Assembly: GCF_035084215.1 (NCBI RefSeq) | Contig: NC_090366.1 | Span: 10,230,001 to 10,294,000 of the forward strand | DNA from: Heptranchias perlo | Lineage: Eukaryota | Direction: 5' to 3' | Length of the DNA: 64,000 nt | Shown here: positions 48,265-59,170 of the stretch, piece after piece | How positions within the stretch are numbered: position 1 is the first letter of the stretch | Layout of the letters: the number at the start of each line of letters is the position of its first letter | Notes under the pieces: model-generated | Database searches by the model: none | Seen by the model: only the letters and a program-made list of their open reading frames with translations | Told to the model about the DNA's origin: nothing | Translations under genes and position numbers: made by a program

Positions 48265-48930
48265 AGGCGAGACCATGCAGACGCTGCGACAACGGATGAA
48301 CGGACACCGCACAACAATCGCCAAACAGGAGGGTTCCCTCCCAGTCGGGGAACACTTTAGCAGTCATGGACATTCATCCACCGACCTTCGGGTAAGCGTA
48401 CTCCAAGGCGGCCTTCGAGACACACGACAACGCAAAATCGTCGAGCAGAAATTGATAGCCAAGTTCCGCACCCATGAGGACGGCCTCAACCGGGATCTTG
48501 GGTTCATGTCATGCTACACGTTACCCCACCAGCGAACAAATGTTATCTGTTTTTAATATAATGGGTCATTTGCTGGCTCTCTCTGCCTTCCGGATGTTTC
48601 TGCCTCTCTCTGTTTTTTTTCTCTGTTTTTTTTCCCTGTTTGTTTTTTTGTTGAATGTGTATTCGGGGGTTCTGCAGGTGACACCTCTCTGTCTGAACAC
48701 GGTGATTGCCTTGGCAACGGGCAGTTGCAGGGGCAGTCTGTAAACACCATGTATTGTTCTATATGTATAAATGCGTAGGCTTCAAGGAGCTCCTGAAACA
48801 TTTACCTGAGGAAGGAGGAAGTCTCCGAAAGCTTGTGAATTTAAAATAAAATTGCTGGACTATAACTTGGTGTTGTAAAATTGTTTACAATTGTCAAACC
48901 CCAGTCCATCACCGGCATCTCCACATCATG
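48265..48930 (+). mobile_element. Penelope-like element 3' fragment (GIY-YIG endonuclease C-terminus plus pLTR)
   Basis: ETMQTLRQRMNGHR...VGEHF...EQKLIAKFRT...GLNRD (ORF 48275..48556); 12-bp target duplication accaataacctg at 48253-48264 and 48931-48942. Confidence 0.88.
48800..48840 (+). ncRNA. Minimal type I hammerhead ribozyme-like motif in Penelope pLTR
   Basis: atttac-CTGAGGA-a-ggag(gaagt)ctcc-GAAA-gc-TT-gtgaat: core boxes, stem II, palindromic AAGCTT, 6-bp stem I. Confidence 0.7.
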
Positions 48931-51900
48931 ACCAATAACCTGCTCACCGATGCTCGGTTCGGGTTCCACCAGGACCACTAGGCTCCAGACCTCATTACAG
49001 CCTTGGTCCAAACATGGGTGAGGTGAGGTGAGAGTGACTGCCCTTGACATCAAGGCAGCATTTGACCGAGTGTGGCACCAAGGAGCCCTAGTAAAATTGA
49101 AGTCAATGCGAATCAGGGGGAAAACTCGCCAGTGGCTGGAGTCATACCTAGCACAAAGGAAGATGGTAGTGGTTGTTGGAGGCCAATCATCTCAGCCCCA
49201 GGGCATCGCTGCAGGAGTTCCTCAGGGCAGTGTCCTTGGCCCAACCATCTTCAGCTGCTTCATCAATGACCTTCCCTCCATCATAAGGTCAGAAATGGTG
49301 ATGTTCGCTGATGATTGCACAGTGTTCAGTTCCATTCACAACCCCTCAAATAATGAAGCAGTCCGAGCCCGCATGCAGCAAGACCTGGACAACATCCACG
49401 CTTGGGCTCATAAGTGGCAAGTAACATTCGCGACAGATAAGTGCCAGGCAATGACCATCTACAACAAGAGAGAGTCTAACCACCTCCCCTTGACATTCAA
49501 CGGCATTACCATCGCCGAATCCCCCACCATCAACATCCTGGGGGTCACCATTGACCGGAAACTTAACTGGACCAGCCATATAAAGACTGTGGCTTCGAGA
49601 GCAGGTCAGAGGCTGGGTATTCTGCGGCGAGTGACTCACCTCCTGACTCCCCAAAGCCTTTCCACCATCTACAAGGCACAAGTCAGGAGTGTGATGGAAT
49701 ACTCTCCACTTGTCTGGATGAGTGCAGCTCCAACAACACTCAAGAAGCTCGACACCATCCAGGACAAAGCAGCCCGCTTGATTGGCACCCCATCCAGCAC
49801 CCTAAACATTCACTCCCTTCACCACCGGCGCACTGTGGCTGCAGTGTGTACCATCCACAGGATGCACTGCAGCAACTCGCCAAGGCTTCTTCGACAGCAC
49901 CTCCCAAACCCGCGACCTCTACCACCTAAAAGGACAAGAGCAGCAGGTACATGGGAACAACACCACCTGCAGGTTCCCCTCCAAGTCACACACCATCCCG
50001 ACTTGGAAATATATCGCCGTTCCTTCATCGTCGCTGGGTCAAAATCCTGGAACTCCCTCCCTAACAGCACTGTGGGAGAACCGTCACCACACGGACTGCA
50101 GCGGTTCAAGAAGGCGGCTCACCACCACCTTCTCAAGGGCAATTAGGGATGGGCAATAAATGCCGGCCTCGCCAGCGACGCCCACATCCCGTGAACGAAT
50201 AAAATAATAAGTGTAATGCTGGACTGTAATGTTTTCAGATTCCCATACATGCTGATAAACGCTATCCTCATACCGTGTTGTAATCTTAGAAGAATAATGA
50301 GCAGCAAGCTTTTTCTTTTGAATATTTTAGGTACATTTTCATTGATAATATCCATGCGAATAAGAGCAGCCGCCGCAGTTATCATTCTGATTGCAGTCGT
50401 TGTCTTGGTGAAGTTTGAGAGGAATCTGCAAAAGTTCGAAAAGCAACTGGATGTGTTCCCTCCAGGCATTCAAACCACAGGTGGGATGTTGGTTAATGTA
50501 CCTCATCGGCATTGTTATCTCCTGGAACTCCTTTTAGTGATCAGAGAGGAATTTAACATATTTTTTTGATGAAGTGGCCTCATGCTTTTTATCTATTTTT
50601 TGCCTCTTCCTGGTGGTGGGAGGGAAGGCGCGTGTCCTGATGCTTTGATGGGTCATGACAGTTTGGGTCATGCTCGATGGACCAGTCGGTCTTTTCCTTC
50701 CCGTCTTTTCGTACGTGTGTAAGTTGTAAAGCTCAAAATGTTCCCCTAACTCAGTAGGAACAATAGATTAGTGCCAGAGGTGGAATTAAGCGGATTATTC
50801 CGGTACTGAAAGCGCACTCTCACCCGGAACAATGACTCCATGTCTAAGGCAGTACGTTATGTTATAGAGCCCAGGCCTTTATATAATCATTGGCCTCTAT
50901 GGTGTGAAGAGGAGTTGTATGCAGTGGGCAACGTTTGAAACTTTCGCAAACTTGAAAGATATCCCCAGACTGAGGAATCCAGTGAATACCCCGCAATTAA
51001 ATTTAAGTGAAAATCGAATGGGATTTACTGCATTTGGACGGATAGATCTGATCAATAACTCAACACATCTGGTTTCATGAGATAGAACAGGGACTTCACA
51101 CTCAGGAAGGGCTGTGAAAATGGACATCTTCCCGAGATTAATTGCGAACATTTTCAATTCTCTTTGTTGGAACATATGATTTATAACCCCACACAGTTTT
51201 CATTTTAACCAACAATCTGAAATGCAGTGAGGTAGACTTTAATGGTCAATATAACTTTTCAATAACTTTATTTTTACTTTAATAAACATAATTAATTTCC
51301 TAAGTAATTTTAACGTTGTTTCCATTTAAGGCTTCCCTCTCTCACCTTGTTATATGGTCCTGTTGCACGGCGTTTAACGTCTCCAAAGGCGGCTCTGTTA
51401 GTTTGGAAGCCTCTCCCATCCAGTGTAACAAATGTTCAGCTCAGTGTCAATTTTCATCAGTTTCATTCACGACGATATCCAGACATTTATAAACATATAG
51501 CTTCATTCAGAAGCAGTTTGCAATGGAAGCGAACTGATTACAAAGGGCGGAGCAGGGAGTTCCATGAATTATTGAAGTATGTATTGGATTCCACTCTTTA
51601 TCAAACTGTACTGAAAATTAATACTTGCTTAAAGATGGTGGGGCCATGGTTAGAAAATGATCATGACGTAACTGATCATTTGTTATTGTTTTGTTATCCA
51701 ATGAACGTGGATTACTTTACTTTACTTAAAGTCAAAATAAGCATCCACCCTTGCACAGACAGGTACAGTAGTCAACAGAAGAAATACGCTCTTGTTAGTT
51801 TGTACAGCAACTGGGTTAGACCCTCCCTTTTAACTCTCTGTGTTAGTGACAGTGTAAATATGGCTGGGGGATTCCATTTGGTCCCTTTGCGGTAGTGACA

Positions 51901-52299
51901 TTGGTCATGATTTTTGTGAATATTTCCCTTGTTCGGTGTCTCCACATAATCGTAAACGTTTCCCAGGTGTTATGCTTAAAATAGAGATAAATCCTCCCAT
52001 TATGTTTACACTGTCACTAAAACACAGCCTCCGGAGGAATCTTCGGTCAACCTTCGGTTATCTTTGTGTCTCTATTTCAGGAAAAGCGAGTCTAAAGGAT
52101 GAACTAGATTATAATGTGGTATAATAATGGGTCATTGGTTGTTTCTGACACTTTATCAGTGATGAAACATCACCTCACTCTTCATTATTGTCTGTCAGGT
52201 CAGTAGTATTTAGAACATCTGTTAAACTGTGTGTTTATGGTGTTGGAAACTAGCACAACTAACCTGCTAGATTTTGGAGCATGGAATATTGAGAATATC

Positions 52300-52660
52300 A
52301 GCGAACCACCAAGGAGCAATGCATCCACAGCTCACAGTTCGAGATACAATGGACAAACTTCATGTCCTAAGGGATACCCATTCACCACCCATAATGTGAG
52401 ATAGATTGGATCATCTACTTGTCCTCAGAGATCATCATTAGCCACTCCCAACGTGCGACGCAATGGGGAAACTACAGGTCAACACGATTAGTCCATACAG
52501 ACCAGCCACTGCGAGATACAAGGTGGGATCTACATGCCCTCAAGCATGTTCAATTCACAGCCCTGAATGCAATATTCAATGGGAAATCTACATGTGTCCA
52601 TAGCTGGACCATTAACTATATCCAATGTGAGATATAATGGATGAACTACAAGCCCGTAAG
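52300..52660. repeat. Highly degenerate 57-58-bp tandem repeat, about 6 units
   Basis: gagatacaatgg...ctacatgtcc-like core recurs at about 52341, 52398, 52455, 52513, 52570, 52629. Confidence 0.6.
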
Positions 52661-55655
52661 AAAATCTTGCATTAATATACTGCTTTAAATTGTAAAAACC
52701 AAAGCCGCTTGCTGAGAAGCGGAATATCAATACAGTACAGGATGTTTAAGAATATTAGAGAGAGCTAATTGAAGGCTATAACCAAATGATGGCTTTGGAG
52801 GAAGAGAGTGAAGTCGAGAGTAGACGATGATAGAAAGGGGGCGCCAGACTACATGGCCTAGGCGGCTGCAAGTGCTAGTTCACAATAGTGGGATGTTGCA
52901 ATGTGAACGCCACAATCACAGCACTAATAGTGCATGAAAGTAAATTCGCAAAAAGTTGCAGCGAATGGAAGGCGAACTGTTATGATCTGGAATGCACTTC
53001 CTGAAATGTTGATGGAAAGCGATTCAACAGTAACTTTCCAAACGTAATTGGATATATAGGTGAAAAGGAAAAAATAAACAGATGTTTGGGGAAAGAACAG
53101 GGGAAGTGGGACTAATTGGATAATCCTTTCAAAGAGCCGGCACATGAATGATGGACCGAATGTTCTCCTGTGCTATATGATTCTACGAATGGTAAGTAGA
53201 GGAATGTCGGAGACGGAGGTAACGACGGTATCCTGAAATTCGGACAACAAACCAGCACTAATTGATTTGACGTCACAGTCTCGATTATAATGTCCCAATT
53301 AAATATTAAAGCACGTTAATTTCCATAAAATAACTATGTTCCAAGCATCAAAGAAAATAACTTGCATGCAACGTAGCAAAGAATCACATTTGTGAAATTC
53401 CCTCATTTACTTTAATTCAACCTAATACACCTTAAACTGTGTTGCTAATAAGACCAAACATTGCATGAGGAACGTCACAAGCTTTAAAACGTGTTTGGCG
53501 TAAGATTTACCTTGGATAACTGAAGATTCCCGTGCTTGGTATCCAAATGGCAGTTTGAGCTATTGTTTCCATCAACAGGATGGAAGGAAAGTAACCAGAT
53601 CACAGTGCACGCCTTCTATTGGACAAAGGTAGCAAGTGCATTTCATCAGGTCGAACACATTCTCCGGCCACATCTGTTATGTTTAGCACACTGTGTACAC
53701 ATTTCGACAGTCTATGTTGGGAACAGTGAGGTAAATCAGGAGTTGAAGTTGCATGTTATGTCTCTCTACCTACTTTCGGACTCAGATGTGCCTGATGATA
53801 CAGTGACAGACATCCAGCCTATATAATGCTGTCGGTCTGCCACTGTGTGGCGCGCTGTTGAGTTTGAGCAAACCTTTTTCTCCACACTGATAATACGGAG
53901 CAAACAAGACCTCAGGTGGCAGAATGAATCAGAGAAATTATAACAAACTGCAATTCAAAATCCGATTGTAGGTTTTCCAACTGCCACGGTAAACAGAAAA
54001 CAATTGAGCCATTAATCTGTCCCAAGCCCAGCGAACCTGGGCTCAGAACTTAAAGGTCAGTCAGGGCGCCCGCTCCTGTCGAAAAACCCGCACATACTTG
54101 TTTTTCGGTTTGCAAGTTAAAAATGGTCAACTGTGTGAGGCACCCGTGGAAACACATTTTAATAAGAAGAAAGAACTTCAGAACATGGGCATCATTGGAA
54201 AATTGGAGGGAAAAGTCGTGGAAAAATACAAGGACATTTCTTATTCATTCTCGGGATGTGGGTGTCGTTGGTAAGGCCAGCATTTATTGCCCATCCCTAG
54301 TTGCCCTTGAGAAGATGGTGGTGGTGAGCTTTCATCTTGAACCGCTGCATATCGTGTGGTGAAGGTGTCCCCACAGTGCTGTTCGGTAGGGAGTAGCTGG
54401 ATTTTGACCAAACGACCATGAAGGAACAGCGAGATATGTCCAAGTCAGGATGGTGTGTGTCTTGGAGGCGAGTTTGGAGTTGATGGTGTTCTGAGACACC
54501 TACTGGCCTCACTGTCGGCAATAATAGCTTCCTCCCAGCTTACTTTTTGATTGTAGGGGTAATTGTACAGTTCCACACTACAAGCTCAGAACCACGCTTG
54601 AAATGATTTGGGTGGGGGTGTGGAGGGCGGGGAGGGTTTGAGGTGTTGACAAAGAATTGGGAACAGTAATGCGGCCTATCTCCGACCCATGTTTCCTGTA
54701 ATTCACACAAGCACATTGTCCTTTGAAGGGAAATAATTTGACCTTCAAAATTTCCCAATAAATGTTCACTGATTATCCTTATATTGAAAATGCTTTAACA
54801 ATCCGTTTGTCGGTTCTGTTTAATCGTCTATTAATATTTGATATATGTCGTTTCAAACTGATGATAGTGACTAAAATAACAGGCAACATTTACTGGAGAG
54901 GCATTAGAATATATTTTATGTTCACCGGGCGCAGCGTTGCTCTGCACCACACCCACTGTTCAAACGTCCCGCTGGTGTGCTGATTTTTTAACATGGCAAG
55001 TCACATGGGGAGGCTGTGACGTTTCTGTCAGATTGCCCTTACATTTTATATATCGTTTGGAAACCCGGAAATGGAACATCCCGAGGACTAGAGTGCACGG
55101 CTTCCCACTCATTCCCATTCTTTCCGCCCCGCACGCTTCCTCCTTAGGTAATAAATAAGCTTTAGGTTCCACTGCGAACGTTTGACCTTAATTATGTTTG
55201 TCCTGTTGTAAATCTACGATATCTTATAGGAAAAAGCACTGATACATATATAGTTCCCAACACGATGTTGACGTTATAACGTCACAAAAGTCATCCATAG
55301 TTTATTATCGCTGTTGAGTGAACCCAGTTGCAAATGTCCCTGTGGACATCCAGAGAGGGCAGGATCAGATTCGGGTGATGGGTCTCGCTGCAAACTTCAT
55401 TGTTAATAGAGCCATCTGCAAAATAGCAGCTTGAGCGAGGGATTGGAGGAACCGGAGCTCAGCAAGGAGTCAATTCGTTCAAGGTGGAAGAGGAGAATAT
55501 TGGGGCAAATACTGCAAGCAACAACGGCGAGCGTTTCCATTGTCTTGATTGAACAAACGGCTGGTATCTGCTGGTTTTTATATTTAGTTCGTTTGGAGAA
55601 AGAAACTGAAATGTGGACAATCAGACAATACGACCTCTGCAGGTTCTTGTCCTTT

Positions 55656-55829
55656 TCAGTTGTACTTAATATCTGCAAATTGACTTATCCCTTTGCCATG
55701 TATATATCCTTGCCCTTGAGGAATATGTGAAAAATGCACAGTGGAGTAATTAATGTGTTCGTTCTGCTGAGAGGAATCTGACATCAGTTCCCTGACGCCA
55801 CTGTCTGGATCATTCTCACAATGTTCTCC
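55656..55829 (-). CDS. Terminal cytoplasmic exon B of a convergent ITIM receptor (frame open; gene may be a pseudogene)
   Basis: ttgcag|GEHCENDPDSGVRELMSDSSQQNEHINYSTVHFSHIPQGQGYIHGKGISQFADIKYN*; ITIM INYSTV; minus-strand AATAAA at 55301-55306; no ectodomain exons recognised in the window. Confidence 0.68.
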   Translation of the reverse strand, partial: GEHCENDPDSGVRELMSDSSQQNEHINYSTVHFSHIPQGQGYIHGKGISQFADIKYN

Positions 55830-55834
55830 CTGCA

Positions 55835-55985
55835 ACACAAAGAACATGTGGTGCAGGCCCACAAACAACACGTGATAGAGGGACATAAAGATCACGTGGT
55901 GTAAATACTCACAGAACACGTGGCCCAGATACACAAAAACATGTGGTACACATAGGCAAATAACACAGAGTACAGATACACGAAG
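55835..55985. repeat. Short paralogue (about 6 units) of the 24-bp minisatellite
   Basis: gaacacgtggcccagatacacaaa-type units between the same flanks as at 26270-27390. Confidence 0.85.
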
Positions 55986-56099
55986 GAGTATTTCTGCTTC
56001 GTATTAATTAGAATCAGAGTTGGAAAACACAAACTGGAGTGGCGGGGAAGTGCAGGGAAAGACTCACTATGGTCTCTCTTGCCGTTGCACTCTGTGCGT

Positions 56100-59090
56100 T
56101 CGTGAAGGGAATGAGACAGAAAGCAGGTAACTATAGGCCAGTTAGCATAACATCTGTCACTGGGAAAATGCTAGAATCCATTATTAAGGAAGTAGTAGCA
56201 GGATATTTGGAGCTCATAATGCAATCAAGTAGAGTCAACATGGTTTTATGAAGGGGAAATCTTGTCTGGCAAATTTATTCGAGTTCTTTGAGGAAGTAAC
56301 GGGCGGACTGGATAAAGGGGAACCAATGGATGCAGTATATTTGGATTTCCAAAAAGGCGTTCGATAAGGTGCCACATAAAAGATTACTGCACAAGATAAG
56401 AGCTGATGGTGTTGGGGGTAATATACTGGTATGGATAGAGGATTGGCTAACTAACAGAAAACAAAGAGTCGGGATAATAGGGTCATTTTCAAAATGGCAA
56501 TCTGTAACTAGGGGGGTGCCGCAGGGCTCAGTGCTGGGACCTCAACTATTTACAATATATATCAATGACTTGGATGAAGGAACAGAGTGTCTTGTGGCCA
56601 TATTTGCTGATGATACAAAGATAGGTGGAAAAGCAAGTTGTGATGAGGACACAAAGTGTCTGCAAAGGGATATTGACAGGTTAAGCGAATGGGCAAAAAT
56701 TTGGCAGATGGAATATAATGTGGGAAAATATGAAGTCATCCACTTTGGGAGGAAAAATAAAAAAGCAAAATATTATTTGAATGGAGAAATACTACAAAAT
56801 GTAGCGGTAAAGAGGGATCTGGGTGTCCTCGTACATGAAACGTTGAAACATAGAAAATAGGAGCAAGACTAGGCCATTCGGCCCTTCGGGCCTGCTCCGC
56901 CATTCAAAATGATCGTGGCTGATCGTCTGACTCAGTACCCTGTTCCAGTGTTTTCCCCATATCCCTTGATCTGTTTAGCATTAAGAAAAATATCTATCTC
57001 CTTCTTGAATACATCTAATGATTGGCCTCCACTGCCTTCTGTGGTAGAGAATTCCACAGGTTCACCACCCTCTGAGTGAAGAAATTTCTCCTCATCTCGG
57101 TTCTAAATGGCATACCCCGTATCCTGAGACTATGACCCCTGGTTCTGGACTCCCCAGCAAACGGGAACATCCTCCCTGCATTTAGTCTGTCTGGTCCTGT
57201 TAGAATTTTATAAGTTTCGATGAGATCACCTCACATTCTTCTAAACTCGAGTGAATATAGGCCTAGTCGACCCAATCTCTCCTCATACGTCAGTCCTGCC
57301 ATCCCTGGAATCAGTCTAGTAAACCTTCGTTGCAGTCCCTCCATGATAAGGAGACCAAAACTGCACACAATACTCCAGATGCGGTCTCACCAAGGCCCTG
57401 TACAACTGCAGTAAGACATCCCTGTTCCTGTACTCAAATCCTCTTAGCAATGAACACCGACATACCATTCACCTTCCTAACTGCTTGCTGCACCTGAATG
57501 CTCGCTTTCAGCGACTGGTGTACAAGGACACCCAGGTCTCGTTGCACCTCCCCTTTTCCCAATCTATCACGTTTCAGATAATATTCTGTCTTTCTGTTTT
57601 TACAACCAAAGTGGATAACCTCACATATATCCACGTTATAACGCATCTGCCATGTTCTTGCCCACTCACCCAACTTGTCTAAATCACATTGGAGCCTATT
57701 TGCATCCTCCTCACAGCTCACATTCCACCCCAGCTTTGTGTCATCTGCAAACTTGGAAATGTTACATTTAGTTCACTCATCCAGATCATTGATATATATT
57801 GTGAATAGCTGGGGCCCAAGCACTGATCCCTGCGGTACCCCACTAGTCACTGCCTGCCACCCGGAAAAAGACCCGCCGATTCTTACTCTCTGTTTCCTGT
57901 CTGTCAACCAATTTTCAATCCATGCCAGTATATTCCCCCCAATCCCATGTGCTTTAATTTTGCACACTAACCTCTTGTGTGGGACCTTATCAAAAGCCTT
58001 CTGAAAATCCAAGTCCACCACATCCACTGGTTCTCCCCTATCTATTCTACTAGTTACCTCCTCAAAAAACACCAGTAGATTTGTTAAGCATGATTTCCCT
58101 TTCATAAACCCATGCTGACTTTGTCCAATCCCGTTAATGCCTTCCAAGTGTCCTGTTATCACATCTTTTATAATAGACTCTAGCATTTTCCCCACTACTG
58201 ATGTCAGGCTAACTGGTCTGTAATTCACTGTTTCTTCTCTCCCGCCTTTTTTAAATCGTGGGGTTACAATTGCCACCCACCAATCTGTAGGAACTGTTCC
58301 AGAGTCTATAGAATTTTGGAAGATGATTACCAATGCATCCACTATTTCCAGGGCCACTTCCTTTTGTACTCTGGAATGTAAATTATCAGGCCCTGGGGAT
58401 TTGGGAAACACAAAAAGCCAACATACAGGTGCAGCAGGTAATCTGGAAGGCAAAGGGAATATTGACCTTTATTTCTAGGCGGATGGAGTATAAAAGCAGG
58501 GAAGTCATGCTACGACTGTATAGGGTGCTGGTGAGACCACACCTGGAGTACTGCGTACAGTTCTGGTGCCCTTATTTAAGGAAGGACATACTTGCATTGG
58601 AGGCAGTTCAGAGAATGTTCACGAGGTTGATTCTGGGCATGGAAGGGTTGTCTAATGAGGAAAGATTGAACAGGTTGGGTCTGTACTCATTGGAGTTTAG
58701 AGGAATGAGAGGAGATCTCATTGAAACATACAAGATTCTGAGGGGACTCGATAGGGTAGATGCTGAGAGGATGTTACCCCTCGTGGGGGAATCTAAAACT
58801 AGGGGGCATAGTCTCAGAATAAGACGAAAATGAGGAGGAATTTCGTTTCCCAGAGGGTCGTGAATCTTTGGAATTCTTTATCCCAAAAAGCTGTGGAGGC
58901 GGAGTCATTGAATACATTCAAGGCTGAGTTAGACAAATGTTTGATCAGCGAGGGAGTCAAAGCATATGGGGAAAGGGCGGGAAAGTGGAGTTGAGGTAAT
59001 AATCAGATCAGTCATGATCTCATTGAATGGCAGAGCAGGCTCGAGGGGCCGAATGGCCTACTCCTGCTGCTATCTCTTATGGTCTTATTG
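56100..59090 (+). mobile_element. CR1 LINE (+) containing a nested antisense CR1 (56842-58404)
   Basis: Outer reading VHET|QKANIQVQQ is split, with gaaac duplicated at 56837-56841 and 58405-58409; inner ORFs 57773..58453 and 57434..57721 on minus strand. Confidence 0.9.
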
Positions 59091-59154
59091 CCTTATGGGC
59101 ATGTTAATATCGTTATTTGCGGCGAGTTCGAATGTAGGTGTAGTTACTGGCTAC

Positions 59155-59170
59155 GGCCACTAGGTGGCGC
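59155..59170 (+). promoter_or_regulatory. Putative CTCF site
   Basis: ggCCACTAGGTGGCGC matches the CCASYAGRKGGCRS core; paralogous site near 27555-27570 is degenerate (acaaataggtggcgc). Confidence 0.5.

Larger units (their letters stand above)
47707..50205 (+). mobile_element. Second-family LINE (RT region to 3' end), interrupted by a Penelope fragment
   Basis: ORFs 47677..48360 (KAMGPD, NYRPISLL) and 49028..50146 ([25 protein letters not shown]). Confidence 0.93.
46239..51010 (+). pseudogene. Siglec-like copy 3 pseudogene: signal 46239..46281, V 47123..47494, TM 50331..50412, terminal exon 50868..51010
   Basis: MKNMKFVSLLLFSE|gt; V exon colinear with copy 2 but TAA at 47365 and 47413 and loss of conserved Cys/Trp; no C2 exons; terminal exon frameshifted with internal TGA yet ending EESSEYPAIKFK*. 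Confidence 0.9.

Noticed and set aside
51347-51895. 182-aa ORF downstream of copy 3
   Set aside because: No ATG start or domain motif; overlaps sequence paralogous to the 3' flank of copy 2.
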